This document shows positions 50,001-64,000 of a stretch of 64,000 bases of DNA, piece after piece. Position 1 is the stretch's first letter. Every line of letters starts with the position of its first letter. The notes beneath the pieces were generated by a model, which saw only the letters and a program-made list of their open reading frames with translations, had not been told where the DNA came from and searched no databases. The DNA lies in NCBI GenBank assembly GCA_044892525.1, contig CM097885.1, positions 109,430,001 to 109,494,000 on the forward strand, read 5' to 3'. The stretch comes from Schmidtea polychroa. Taxonomy: Eukaryota. A program made the translations under genes and the position numbers.

Positions 50001-53000
50001 TTTTACTTTCAACTTTATCCATAGCCTTTGACAATTTCGATAAATCTTGTCCTTTCAATTTTATTTGATCATTCTTTGAATTTTCCACTAATTCTTTCAA
50101 GATTGTTTCAATTGGTCGTCGACTATTTTCAATTTCATCATGTCGAGATCTTCTAATTCGTTCCGCAATATCAGGAATGCTAGATTGAATTTGTACTGCT
50201 TCACATAAAATACCCATCAGAGGCTCATTAACAGTTGCGGTTAGTTTTACGAGATCTTTTCCCTCCGAAACTTCTTTCAATAACATTTCTTCTAATTCAA
50301 TCAGTTTCGATTCACTAATTTCATTTTTCAAAGCATCTTTAGCGACTTTTATTCCATCAAGTAAATTCTCAACGTCTTTCCTGTTCAATAGTTTCTCTTT
50401 ATCACCTTCTTCGTCATCAAATAAACATTTAATTGCCTCCAATATTTTGTTACTATCCTCATCGCTATTATCTAATCGCTTTTCACTCTTTATGCCTAAT
50501 GCTTTTAATTGTTCACAAATAGATTTGTCAATTTTCACTTTAGATCCACTTTCTAAAGACCTGTTTAAATCGTTTATAATTTCTTCCACAAATCTTCTTT
50601 CTTTTTCTCCAGTCTTTGATTTCGGAATCAATGATTTCATAATTTCCAAACTTTCAACTAGTTCTTTGCCTTTCAAGTTGTTCAATTCACCTTTCTCCAG
50701 AGCATCGCATAATAATTTCTGACCACTTTCAAGTCCTACTTTTCGTTCCATAGTTACTTCATCAATAATTTCGTCAACAATGTCTGCATTTCTAATTACT
50801 GTCGAATCTGGTACAATGGATTCTGAGATATCTTTGCACAATTTCCTTAATCTTTCAGCCTCTTCTTTATTCAATTCCAATTCCTTCGATTTGCAATCAA
50901 TCACTTCTTGTAGTTTAGGAAGAACTGATTCCAATAAAGTTTTATTTGCTTTCCATTCGTTGGATCTTCCTGAGTCTGGCGTTTCATTGATTTTACTTTC
51001 AACTTTATCCATAGCCTTTGACAATTTCGATAAATCTTGTCCTTTCAATTTTATTTGATCATTCTTTGAATTTTCCACTAATTCTTTCAAGATTGTTTCA
51101 ATTGGTCGTCGACTATTTTCAATTTCATCATGTCGAGATCTTCTAATTCGTTCCGCAATATCAGGAATGCTAGATTGAATTTGTACAGCTTCACATAAAA
51201 TACCCATCAGAGGCTCATTAACAGTTGCGGTTAGTTTTACGAGATCTTTTCCCTCCGAAACTTCTTTCAATAACATTTCTTCTAATTCAATCAGTTTCGA
51301 TTCACTAATTTCATTTTTCAAAGCATCTTTAGCGACTTTTATTCCATCAAGTAAATTCTCAACGTCTTTCCTGTTCAATAGTTTCTCTTTATCACCTTCT
51401 TCGTCATCAAATAAACATTTAATTGCCTCCAATATTTTGTTACTATCCTCATCGCTATTATCTAATCGCTTTTCACTCTTTATGCCTAATGCTTTTAATT
51501 GTTCACAAATAGATTTGTCAATTTTCACTTTAGATCCACTTTCTAAAGACCTGTTTAAATCGTTTATAATTTCTTCCACAAATCTTCTTTCTTTTTCTCC
51601 AGTCTTTGATTTCGGAATCAATGATTTCATAATTTCCAAACTTTCAACTAGTTCTTTGCCTTTCAAGTTGTTCAATTCACCTTTTTCCAGAGCATCGCAT
51701 AATAATTTCTGACCACTTTCAAGTCCTACTTTTCGTTCCATAGTTACTTCATCAATAATTTCGTCAACAATGTCTGCATTTCTAATTACTGTCGAATCTG
51801 GTACAATGGATTCTGAGATATCTTTGCACAATTTCCTTAATCTTTCAGCCTCTTCTTTATTCAATTCCAATTCCTTCGATTTGCAATCAATCACTTCTTG
51901 TAGTTTAGGAAGAACTGATTCCAATAAAGTTTTATTTGCTTTCCATTCGTTGGATCTTTCTGAGTCTGGCGTTTCATTGATTTTACTTTCAACTTTATCC
52001 ATAGCCTTTGACAATTTCGATAAATCTTGTCCTTTCAATTTTATTTGATCATTCTTTGAATTTTCCACTAATTCTTTCAAGATTGTTTCAATTGGTCGTC
52101 GACTATTTTCAATTTCATCATGTCGAGATCTTCTAATTCGTTCCGCAATATCAGGAATGCTAGATTGAATTTGTACTGCTTCACATAAAATACCCATCAG
52201 AGGCTCATTAACAGTTGCGGTTAGTTTTACGAGATCTTTTCCCTCCGAAACTTCTTTCAATAACATTTCTTCTAATTCAATCAGTTTCGATTCACTAATT
52301 TCATTTTTCAAAGCATCTTTAGCGACTTTTATTCCATCAAGTAAATTCTCAACGTCTTTCCTGTTCAATAGTTTCTCTTTATCACCTTCTTCGTCATCAA
52401 ATAAACATTTAATTGCCTCCAATATTTTGTTACTATCCTCATCGCTATTATCTAATCGCTTTTCACTCTTTATGCCTAATGCTTTTAATTGTTCACAAAT
52501 AGATTTGTCAATTTTCACTTTAGATCCACTTTCTAAAGACCTGTTTAAATCGTTTATAATTTCTTCCACAAATCTTCTTTCTTTTTCTCCAGTCTTTGAT
52601 TTCGGAATCAATGATTTCATAATTTCCAAACTTTCAACTAGTTCTTTGCCTTTCAAGTTGTTCAATTCACCTTTCTCCAGAGCATCGCATAATAATTTCT
52701 GACCACTTTCAAGTCCTACTTTTCGTTCCATAGTTACTTCATCAATAATTTCGTCAACAATGTCTGCATTTCTAATTACTGTCGAATCTGGTACAATGGA
52801 TTCTGAGATATCTTTGCACAATTTCCTTAATCTTTCAGCCTCTTCTTTATTCAATTCCAATTCCTTCGATTTGCAATCAATCACTTCTTGTAGTTTAGGA
52901 AGAACTGATTCCAATAAAGTTTTATTTGCTTTCCATTCGTTGGATCTTTCTGAGTCTGGCGTTTCATTGATTTTACTTTCAACTTTATCCATAGCCTTTG

Positions 53001-56000
53001 ACAATTTCGATAAATCTTGTCCTTTCAATTTTATTTGATCATTCTTTGAATTTTCCACTAATTCTTTCAAGATTGTTTCAATTGGTCGTCGACTATTTTC
53101 AATTTCATCATGTCGAGATCTTCTAATTCGTTCCGCAATATCAGGAATGCTAGATTGAATTTGTACTGCTTCACATAAAATACCCATCAGAGGCTCATTA
53201 ACAGTTGCGGTTAGTTTTACGAGATCTTTTCCCTCCGAAACTTCTTTCAATAACATTTCTTCTAATTCAATCAGTTTCGATTCACTAATTTCATTTTTCA
53301 AAGCATCTTTAGCGACTTTTATTCCATCAAGTAAATTCTCAACGTCTTTCCTGTTCAATAGTTTCTCTTTATCACCTTCTTCGTCATCAAATAAACATTT
53401 AATTGCCTCCAATATTTTGTTACTATCCTCATCGCTATTATCTAATCGCTTTTCACTCTTTATGCCTAATGCTTTTAATTGTTCACAAATAGATTTGTCA
53501 ATTTTCACTTTAGATCCACTTTCTAAAGACCTGTTTAAATCGTTTATAATTTCTTCCACAAATCTTCTTTCTTTTTCTCCAGTCTTTGATTTCGGAATCA
53601 ATGATTTCATAATTTCCAAACTTTCAACTAGTTCTTTGCCTTTCAAGTTGTTCAATTCACCTTTCTCCAGAGCATCGCATAATAATTTCTGACCACTTTC
53701 AAGTCCTACTTTTCGTTCCATAGTTACTTCATCAATAATTTCGTCAACAATGTCTGCATTTCTAATTACTGTCGAATCTGGTACAATGGATTCTGAGATA
53801 TCTTTGCACAATTTCCTTAATCTTTCAGCCTCTTCTTTATTCAATTCCAATTCCTTCGATTTGCAATCAACCACTTCTTGTAGTTTAGGAAGAACTGATT
53901 CCAATAAAGTTTTATTTGCTTTCCATTCGTTGGATCTTTCTGAGTCTGGCGTTTCATTGATTTTACTTTCAACTTTATCCATAGCCTTTGACAATTTCGA
54001 TAAATCTTGTCCTTTCAATTTTATTTGATCATTCTTTGAATTTTCCACTAATTCTTTCAAGATTGTTTCAATTGGTCGTCGACTATTTTCAATTTCATCA
54101 TGTCGAGATCTTCTAATTCGTTCCGCAATATCAGGAATGCTAGATTGAATTTGTACTGCTTCACATAAAATACCCATCAGAGGCTCATTAACAGTTGCGG
54201 TTAGTTTTACGAGATCTTTTCCCTCCGAAACTTCTTTCAATAACATTTCTTCTAATTCAATCAGTTTCGATTCACTAATTTCATTTTTCAAAGCATCTTT
54301 AGCGACTTTTATTCCATCAAGTAAATTCTCAACGTCTTTCCTGTTCAATAGTTTCTCTTTATCACCTTCTTCGTCATCAAATAAACATTTAATTGCCTCC
54401 AATATTTTGTTACTATCCTCATCGCTATTATCTAATCGCTTTTCACTCTTTATGCCTAATGCTTTTAATTGTTCACAAATAGATTTGTCAATTTTCACTT
54501 TAGATCCACTTTCTAAAGACCTGTTTAAATCGTTTATAATTTCTTCCACAAATCTTCTTTCTTTTTCTCCAGTCTTTGATTTCGGAATCAATGATTTCAT
54601 AATTTCCAAACTTTCAACTAGTTCTTTGCCTTTCAAGTTGTTCAATTCACCTTTCTCCAGAGCATCGCATAATAATTTCTGACCACTTTCAAGTCCTACT
54701 TTTCGTTCCATAGTTACTTCATCAATAATTTCGTCAACAATGTCTGCATTTCTAATTACTGTCGAATCTGGTACAATGGATTCTGAGATATCTTTGCACA
54801 ATTTCCTTAATCTTTCAGCCTCTTCTTTATTCAATTCCAATTCCTTCGATTTGCAATCAATCACTTCTTGTAGTTTAGGAAGAACTGATTCCAATAAAGT
54901 TTTATTTGCTTTCCATTCGTTGGATCTTTCTGAGTCTGGCGTTTCATTGATTTTACTTTCAACTTTATCCATAGCCTTTGACAATTTCGATAAATCTTGT
55001 CCTTTCAATTTTATTTGATCATTCTTTGAATTTTCCACTAATTCTTTCAAGATTGTTTCAATTGGTCGTCGACTATTTTCAATTTCATCATGTCGAGATC
55101 TTCTAATTCGTTCCGCAATATCAGGAATGCTAGATTGAATTTGTACTGCTTCACATAAAATACCCATCAGAGGCTCATTAACAGTTGCGGTTAGTTTTAC
55201 GAGATCTTTTCCCTCCGAAACTTCTTTCAATAACATTTCTTCTAATTCAATCAGTTTCGATTCACTAATTTCATTTTTCAAAGCATCTTTAGCGACTTTT
55301 ATTCCATCAAGTAAATTCTCAACGTCTTTCCTGTTCAATAGTTTCTCTTTATCACCTTCTTCGTCATCAAATAAACATTTAATTGCCTCCAATATTTTGT
55401 TACTATCCTCATCGCTATTATCTAATCGCTTTTCACTCTTTATGCCTAATGCTTTTAATTGTTCACAAATAGATTTGTCAATTTTCACTTTAGATCCACT
55501 TTCTAAAGACCTGTTTAAATCGTTTATAATTTCTTCCACAAATCTTCTTTCTTTTTCTCCAGTCTTTGATTTCGGAATCAATGATTTCATAATTTCCAAA
55601 CTTTCAACTAGTTCTTTGCCTTTCAAGTTGTTCAATTCACCTTTCTCCAGAGCATCGCATAATAATTTCTGACCACTTTCAAGTCCTACTTTTCGTTCCA
55701 TAGTTACTTCATCAATAATTTCGTCAACAATGTCTGCATTTCTAATTACTGTCGAATCTGGTACAATGGATTCTGAGATATCTTTGCACAATTTCCTTAA
55801 TCTTTCAGCCTCTTCTTTATTCAATTCCAATTCCTTCGATTTGCAATCAACCACTTCTTGTAGTTTAGGAAGAACTGATTCCAATAAAGTTTTATTTGCT
55901 TTCCATTCGTTGGATCTTTCTGAGTCTGGCGTTTCATTGATTTTACTTTCAACTTTATCCATAGCCTTTGACAATTTCGATAAATCTTGTCCTTTCAATT

Positions 56001-59000
56001 TTATTTGATCATTCTTTGAATTTTCCACTAATTCTTTCAAGATTGTTTCAATTGGTCGTCGACTATTTTCAATTTCATCATGTCGAGATCTTCTAATTCG
56101 TTCCGCAATATCAGGAATGCTAGATTGAATTTGTACTGCTTCACATAAAATACCCATCAGAGGCTCATTAACAGTTGCGGTTAGTTTTACGAGATCTTTT
56201 CCCTCCGAAACTTCTTTCAATAACATTTCTTCTAATTCAATCAGTTTCGATTCACTAATTTCATTTTTCAAAGCATCTTTAGCGACTTTTATTCCATCAA
56301 GTAAATTCTCAACGTCTTTCCTGTTCAATAGTTTCTCTTTATCACCTTCTTCGTCATCAAATAAACATTTAATTGCCTCCAATATTTTGTTACTATCCTC
56401 ATCGCTATTATCTAATCGCTTTTCACTCTTTATGCCTAATGCTTTTAATTGTTCACAAATAGATTTGTCAATTTTCACTTTAGATCCACTTTCTAAAGAC
56501 CTGTTTAAATCGTTTATAATTTCTTCCACAAATCTTCTTTCTTTTTCTCCAGTCTTTGATTTCGGAATCAATGATTTCATAATTTCCAAACTTTCAACTA
56601 GTTCTTTGCCTTTCAAGTTGTTCAATTCACCTTTCTCCAGAGCATCGCATAATAATTTCTGACCACTTTCAAGTCCTACTTTTCGTTCCATAGTTACTTC
56701 ATCAATAATTTCGTCAACAATGTCTGCATTTCTAATTACTGTCGAATCTGGTACAATGGATTCTGAGATATCTTTGCACAATTTCCTTAATCTTTCAGCC
56801 TCTTCTTTATTCAATTCCAATTCCTTCGATTTGCAATCAACCACTTCTTGTAGTTTAGGAAGAACTGATGCCAATAAAGTTTTATTTGCTTTCCATTCGT
56901 TGGATCTTTCTGAGTCTGGCGTTTCATTGATTTTACTTTCAACTTTATCCATAGCCTTTGACAATTTCGATAAATCTTGTCCTTTCAATTTTATTTGATC
57001 ATTCTTTGAATTTTCCACTAATTCTTTCAAGATTGTTTCAATTGGTCGTCGACTATTTTCAATTTCATCATGTCGAGATCTTCTAATTCGTTCCGCAATA
57101 TCAGGAATGCTAGATTGAATTTGTACTGCTTCACATAAAATACCCATCAGAGGCTCATTAACAGTTGCGGTTAGTTTTACGAGATCTTTTCCCTCCGAAA
57201 CTTCTTTCAATAACATTTCTTCTAATTCAATCAGTTTCGATTCACTAATTTCATTTTTCAAAGCATCTTTAGCGACTTTTATTCCATCAAGTAAATTCTC
57301 AACGTCTTTCCTGTTCAATAGTTTCTCTTTATCACCTTCTTCGTCATCAAATAAACATTTAATTGCCTCCAATATTTTGTTACTATCCTCATCGCTATTA
57401 TCTAATCGCTTTTCACTCTTTATGCCTAATGCTTTTAATTGTTCACAAATAGATTTGTCAATTTTCACTTTAGATCCACTTTCTAAAGACCTGTTTAAAT
57501 CGTTTATAATTTCTTCCACAAATCTTCTTTCTTTTTCTCCAGTCTTTGATTTCGGAATCAATGATTTCATAATTTCCAAACTTTCAACTAGTTCTTTGCC
57601 TTTCAAGTTGTTCAATTCACCTTTCTCCAGAGCATCGCATAATAATTTCTGACCACTTTCAAGTCCTACTTTTCGTTCCATAGTTACTTCATCAATAATT
57701 TCGTCAACAATGTCTGCATTTCTAATTACTGTCGAATCTGGTACAATGGATTCTGAGATATCTTTGCACAATTTCCTTAATCTTTCAGCCTCTTCTTTAT
57801 TCAATTCCAATTCCTTCGATTTGCAATCAATCACTTCTTGTAGTTTAGGAAGAACTGATTCCAATAAAGTTTTATTTGCTTTCCATTCGTTGGATCTTTC
57901 TGAGTCTGGCGTTTCATTGATTTTACTTTCAACTTTATCCATAGCCTTTGACAATTTCGATAAATCTTGTCCTTTCAATTTTATTTGATCATTCTTTGAA
58001 TTTTCCACTAATTCTTTCAAGATTGTTTCAATTGGTCGTCGACTATTTTCAATTTCATCATGTCGAGATCTTCTAATTCGTTCCGCAATATCAGGAATGC
58101 TAGATTGAATTTGTACTGCTTCACATAAAATACCCATCAGAGGCTCATTAACAGTTGCGGTTAGTTTTACGAGATCTTTTCCCTCCGAAACTTCTTTCAA
58201 TAACATTTCTTCTAATTCAATCAGTTTCGATTCACTAATTTCATTTTTCAAAGCATCTTTAGCGACTTTTATTCCATCAAGTAAATTCTCAACGTCTTTC
58301 CTGTTCAATAGTTTCTCTTTATCACCTTCTTCGTCATCAAATAAACATTTAATTGCCTCCAATATTTTGTTACTATCCTCATCGCTATTATCTAATCGCT
58401 TTTCACTCTTTATGCCTAATGCTTTTAATTGTTCACAAATAGATTTGTCAATTTTCACTTTAGATCCACTTTCTAAAGACCTGTTTAAATCGTTTATAAT
58501 TTCTTCCACAAATCTTCTTTCTTTTTCTCCAGTCTTTGATTTCGGAATCAATGATTTCATAATTTCCAAACTTTCAACTAGTTCTTTGCCTTTCAAGTTG
58601 TTCAATTCACCTTTCTCCAGAGCATCGCATAATAATTTCTGACCACTTTCAAGTCCTACTTTTCGTTCCATAGTTACTTCATCAATAATTTCGTCAACAA
58701 TGTCTGCATTTCTAATTACTGTCGAATCTGGTACAATGGATTCTGAGATATCTTTGCACAATTTCCTTAATCTTTCAGCCTCTTCTTTATTCAATTCCAA
58801 TTCCTTCGATTTGCAATCAATCACTTCTTGTAGTTTAGGAAGAACTGATTCCAATAAAGTTTTATTTGCTTTCCATTCGTTGGATCTTTCTGAGTCTGGC
58901 GTTTCATTGATTTTACTTTCAACTTTATCCATAGCCTTTGACAATTTCGATAAATCTTGTCCTTTCAATTTTATTTGATCATTCTTTGAATTTTCCACTA

Positions 59001-62000
59001 ATTCTTTCAAGATTGTTTCAATTGGTCGTCGACTATTTTCAATTTCATCATGTCGAGATCTTCTAATTCGTTCCGCAATATCAGGAATGCTAGATTGAAT
59101 TTGTACTGCTTCACATAAAATACCCATCAGAGGCTCATTAACAGTTGCGGTTAGTTTTACGAGATCTTTTCCCTCCGAAACTTCTTTCAATAACATTTCT
59201 TCTAATTCAATCAGTTTCGATTCACTAATTTCATTTTTCAAAGCATCTTTAGCGACTTTTATTCCATCAAGTAAATTCTCAACGTCTTTCCTGTTCAATA
59301 GTTTCTCTTTATCACCTTCTTCGTCATCAAATAAACATTTAATTGCCTCCAATATTTTGTTACTATCCTCATCGCTATTATCTAATCGCTTTTCACTCTT
59401 TATGCCTAATGCTTTTAATTGTTCACAAATAGATTTGTCAATTTTCACTTTAGATCCACTTTCTAAAGACCTGTTTAAATCGTTTATAATTTCTTCCACA
59501 AATCTTCTTTCTTTTTCTCCAGTCTTTGATTTCGGAATCAATGATTTCATAATTTCCAAACTTTCAACTAGTTCTTTGCCTTTCAAGTTGTTCAATTCAC
59601 CTTTCTCCAGAGCATCGCATAATAATTTCTGACCACTTTCAAGTCCTACTTTTCGTTCCATAGTTACTTCATCAATAATTTCGTCAACAATGTCTGCATT
59701 TCTAATTACTGTCGAATCTGGTACAATGGATTCTGAGATATCTTTGCACAATTTCCTTAATCTTTCAGCCTCTTCTTTATTCAATTCCAATTCCTTCGAT
59801 TTGCAATCAATCACTTCTTGTAGTTTAGGAAGAACTGATTCCAATAAAGTTTTATTTGCTTTCCATTCGTTGGATCTTTCTGAGTCTGGCGTTTCATTGA
59901 TTTTACTTTCAACTTTATCCATAGCCTTTGACAATTTCGATAAATCTTGTCCTTTCAATTTTATTTGATCATTCTTTGAATTTTCCACTAATTCTTTCAA
60001 GATTGTTTCAATTGGTCGTCGACTATTTTCAATTTCATCATGTCGAGATCTTCTAATTCGTTCCGCAATATCAGGAATGCTAGATTGAATTTGTACTGCT
60101 TCACATAAAATACCCATCAGAGGCTCATTAACAGTTGCGGTTAGTTTTACGAGATCTTTTCCCTCCGAAACTTCTTTCAATAACATTTCTTCTAATTCAA
60201 TCAGTTTCGATTCACTAATTTCATTTTTCAAAGCATCTTTAGCGACTTTTATTCCATCAAGTAAATTCTCAACGTCTTTCCTGTTCAATAGTTTCTCTTT
60301 ATCACCTTCTTCGTCATCAAATAAACATTTAATTGCCTCCAATATTTTGTTACTATCCTCATCGCTATTATCTAATCGCTTTTCACTCTTTATGCCTAAT
60401 GCTTTTAATTGTTCACAAATAGATTTGTCAATTTTCACTTTAGATCCACTTTCTAAAGACCTGTTTAAATCGTTTATAATTTCTTCCACAAATCTTCTTT
60501 CTTTTTCTCCAGTCTTTGATTTCGGAATCAATGATTTCATAATTTCCAAACTTTCAACTAGTTCTTTGCCTTTCAAGTTGTTCAATTCACCTTTCTCCAG
60601 AGCATCGCATAATAATTTCTGACCACTTTCAAGTCCTACTTTTCGTTCCATAGTTACTTCATCAATAATTTCGTCAACAATGTCTGCATTTCTAATTACT
60701 GTCGAATCTGGTACAATGGATTCTGAGATATCTTTGCACAATTTCCTTAATCTTTCAGCCTCTTCTTTATTCAATTCCAATTCCTTCGATTTGCAATCAA
60801 TCACTTCTTGTAGTTTAGGAAGAACTGATTCAAATAAAGTTTTATTTGCTTTCCATTCGTTGGATCTTTCTGAGTCTGGCGTTTCATTGATTTTACTTTC
60901 AACTTTATCCATAGCCTTTGACAATTTCGATAAATCTTGTCCTTTCAATTTTATTTGATCATTCTTTGAATTTTCCACTAATTCTTTCAAGATTGTTTCA
61001 ATTGGTCGTCGACTATTTTCAATTTCATCATGTCGAGATCTTCTAATTCGTTCCGCAATATCAGGAATGCTAGATTGAATTTGTACTGCTTCACATAAAA
61101 TACCCATCAGAGGCTCATTAACAGTTGCGGTTAGTTTTACGAGATCTTTTCCCTCCGAAACTTCTTTCAATAACATTTCTTCTAATTCAATCAGTTTCGA
61201 TTCACTAATTTCATTTTTCAAAGCATCTTTAGCGACTTTTATTCCATCAAGTAAATTCTCAACGTCTTTCCTGTTCAATAGTTTCTCTTTATCACCTTCT
61301 TCGTCATCAAATAAACATTTAATTGCCTCCAATATTTTGTTACTATCCTCATCGCTATTATCTAATCGCTTTTCACTCTTTATGCCTAATGCTTTTAATT
61401 GTTCACAAATAGATTTGTCAATTTTCACTTTAGATCCACTTTCTAAAGACCTGTTTAAATCGTTTATAATTTCTTCCACAAATCTTCTTTCTTTTTCTCC
61501 AGTCTTTGATTTCGGAATCAATGATTTCATAATTTCCAAACTTTCAACTAGTTCTTTGCCTTTCAAGTTGTTCAATTCACCTTTCTCCAGAGCATCGCAT
61601 AATAATTTCTGACCACTTTCAAGTCCTACTTTTCGTTCCATAGTTACTTCATCAATAATTTCGTCAACAATGTCTGCATTTCTAATTACTGTCGAATCTG
61701 GTACAATGGATTCTGAGATATCTTTGCACAATTTCCTTAATCTTTCAGCCTCTTCTTTATTCAATTCCAATTCCTTCGATTTGCAATCAATCACTTCTTG
61801 TAGTTTAGGAAGAACTGATTCCAATAAAGTTTTATTTGCTTTCCATTCGTTGGATCTTTCTGAGTCTGGCGTTTCATTGATTTTACTTTCAACTTTATCC
61901 ATAGCCTTTGACAATTTCGATAAATCTTGTCCTTTCAATTTTATTTGATCATTCTTTGAATTTTCCACTAATTCTTTCAAGATTGTTTCAATTGGTCGTC

Positions 62001-64000
62001 GACTATTTTCAATTTCATCATGTCGAGATCTTCTAATTCGTTCCGCAATATCAGGAATGCTAGATTGAATTTGTACTGCTTCACATAAAATACCCATCAG
62101 AGGCTCATTAACAGTTGCGGTTAGTTTTACGAGATCTTTTCCCTCCGAAACTTCTTTCAATAACATTTCTTCTAATTCAATCAGTTTCGATTCACTAATT
62201 TCATTTTTCAAAGCATCTTTAGCGACTTTTATTCCATCAAGTAAATTCTCAACGTCTTTCCTGTTCAATAGTTTCTCTTTATCACCTTCTTCGTCATCAA
62301 ATAAACATTTAATTGCCTCCAATATTTTGTTACTATCCTCATCGCTATTATCTAATCGCTTTTCACTCTTTATGCCTAATGCTTTTAATTGTTCACAAAT
62401 AGATTTGTCAATTTTCACTTTAGATCCACTTTCTAAAGACCTGTTTAAATCGTTTATAATTTCTTCCACAAATCTTCTTTCTTTTTCTCCAGTCTTTGAT
62501 TTCGGAATCAATGATTTCATAATTTCCAAACTTTCAACTAGTTCTTTGCCTTTCAAGTTGTTCAATTCACCTTTCTCCAGAGCATCGCATAATAATTTCT
62601 GACCACTTTCAAGTCCTACTTTTCGTTCCATAGTTACTTCATCAATAATTTCGTCAACAATGTCTGCATTTCTAATTACTGTCGAATCTGGTACAATGGA
62701 TTCTGAGATATCTTTGCACAATTTCCTTAATCTTTCAGCCTCTTCTTTATTCAATTCCAATTCCTTCGATTTGCAATCAATCACTTCTTGTAGTTTAGGA
62801 AGAACTGATTCAAATAAAGTTTTATTTGCTTTCCATTCGTTGAATCTTTCTGAGTCTGGCGTTTCATTGATTTTACTTTCAACTTTATCCATAGCCTTTG
62901 ACAATTTCGATAAATCTTGTCCTTTCAATTTTATTTGATCATTCTTTGAATTTTCCACTAATTCTTTCAAGATTGTTTCAATTGGTCGTCGACTATTTTC
63001 AATTTCATCATGTCGAGATCTTCTAATTCGTTCCGCAATATCAGGAATGCTAGATTGAATTTGTACTGCTTCACATAAAATACCCATCAGAGGCTCATTA
63101 ACAGTTGCGGTTAGTTTTACGAGATCTTTTCCCTCCGAAACTTCTTTCAATAACATTTCTTCTAATTCAATCAGTTTCGATTCACTAATTTCATTTTTCA
63201 AAGCATCTTTAGCGACTTTTATTCCATCAAGTAAATTCTCAACGTCTTTCCTGTTCAATAGTTTCTCTTTATCACCTTCTTCGTCATCAAATAAACATTT
63301 AATTGCCTCCAATATTTTGTTACTATCCTCATCGCTATTATCTAATCGCTTTTCACTCTTTATGCCTAATGCTTTTAATTGTTCACAAATAGATTTGTCA
63401 ATTTTCACTTTAGATCCACTTTCTAAAGACCTGTTTAAATCGTTTATAATTTCTTCCACAAATCTTCTTTCTTTTTCTCCAGTCTTTGATTTCGGAATCA
63501 ATGATTTCATAATTTCCAAACTTTCAACTAGTTCTTTGCCTTTCAAGTTGTTCAATTCACCTTTCTCCAGAGCATCGCATAATAATTTCTGACCACTTTC
63601 AAGTCCTACTTTTCGTTCCATAGTTACTTCATCAATAATTTCGTCAACAATGTCTGCATTTCTAATTACTGTCGAATCTGGTACAATGGATTCTGAGATA
63701 TCTTTGCACAATTTCCTTAATCTTTCAGCCTCTTCTTTATTCAATTCCAATTCCTTCGATTTGCAATCAATCACTTCTTGTAGTTTAGGAAGAACTGATT
63801 CAAATAAAGTTTTATTTGCTTTCCATTCGTTGGATCTTTCTGAGTCTGGCGTTTCATTGATTTTACTTTCAACTTTATCCATAGCCTTTGACAATTTCGA
63901 TAAATCTTGTCCTTTCAATTTTATTTGATCATTCTTTGAATTTTCCACTAATTCTTTCAAGATTGTTTCAATTGGTCGTCGACTATTTTCAATTTCATCA
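17058..64000 (-). CDS. Giant coding exon (partial, open at the window edge) of an unrecognised giant alpha-helical repeat protein; about 47.3 x 330-aa repeats
   Basis: One stop-free frame from 63999 down to 17050. It continues upstream of the track start (63960 is an internal TTG). At the end, TCT G|GTATAT gives a 5' splice donor at 17058/17057, just before the apparent TAA, and splicing there joins in frame to the downstream exons. The repeat is E/K/L/S/D-rich with amphipathic helical patterning. Confidence 0.93.
17142..64000 (-). repeat. Coding tandem repeat array, 990-bp unit, about 47.3 copies in the window, near-identical
   Basis: Exact 990-bp periodicity: the antisense ORFs recur at 18110+990k. 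Only scattered substitutions and no indels were seen. The array breaks at about 17142, where PDST|VIRNAD becomes PDST|LLFPID. Confidence 0.99.

Noticed and set aside
17126-63928. About 95 short plus-strand ORFs (91-92 aa) repeating every 990 bp
   Set aside because: They are antisense shadows of the minus-strand coding repeat (S/F/L-rich complement of E/K codons), with no independent evidence.
63958-63960. Track start codon of the 15,636-aa ORF
   Set aside because: It is an internal TTG (Leu) of the repeat; the frame stays open to the window edge, so the real start is upstream.
17142-64000. Non-coding satellite, CRISPR array or transposon array
   Set aside because: There are no spacers and no transposon motifs, and the unit length is a multiple of 3 with one fully open frame in AT-rich DNA, spliced to unique exons.
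17058-64000. Naming the protein as titin, nesprin/ANC-1, AHNAK, filaggrin, epiplakin or a flatworm adhesive protein
   Set aside because: No Ig/FN3, KASH, plakin, vWF/TSP or characteristic compositional signature was recognised; similarity of size and architecture is not homology.

Overview
AT-rich eukaryotic DNA (organism not identifiable from the window; very short GT-AG introns) in two sharply different parts. (1) 15.6-64.0 kb: one minus-strand gene whose single uninterrupted coding exon covers at least 46.9 kb (17058 to beyond 64000). It consists of about 47.3 near-identical 990-bp/330-aa tandem repeats of an unrecognised alpha-helical, E/K/L-rich unit. Six small exons follow (introns of 39, 52, 39, 41, 143 and 49 nt) and splice in frame to a stop at 15619, giving about 16,000 aa within the window; the N-terminus lies outside it. 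Diagnostic substitutions show higher-order repeat blocks inside this coding array. (2) 1-15 kb: nested transposon debris. It holds the end of a Maverick/Polinton (double-jelly-roll major capsid ORF, terminus at 2245) carrying three or four tRNA-like Pol III A-box/B-box units. It also holds a decayed Gypsy element split by a complete hAT transposon (TIRs and 8-bp TSD), several TSD-flanked MITEs, fragments of Penelope, non-LTR RT, ZMYM1-like hAT and Merlin elements, and a 5' fragment of PSMD13. Family assignments are from motif recognition only; no searches were run.
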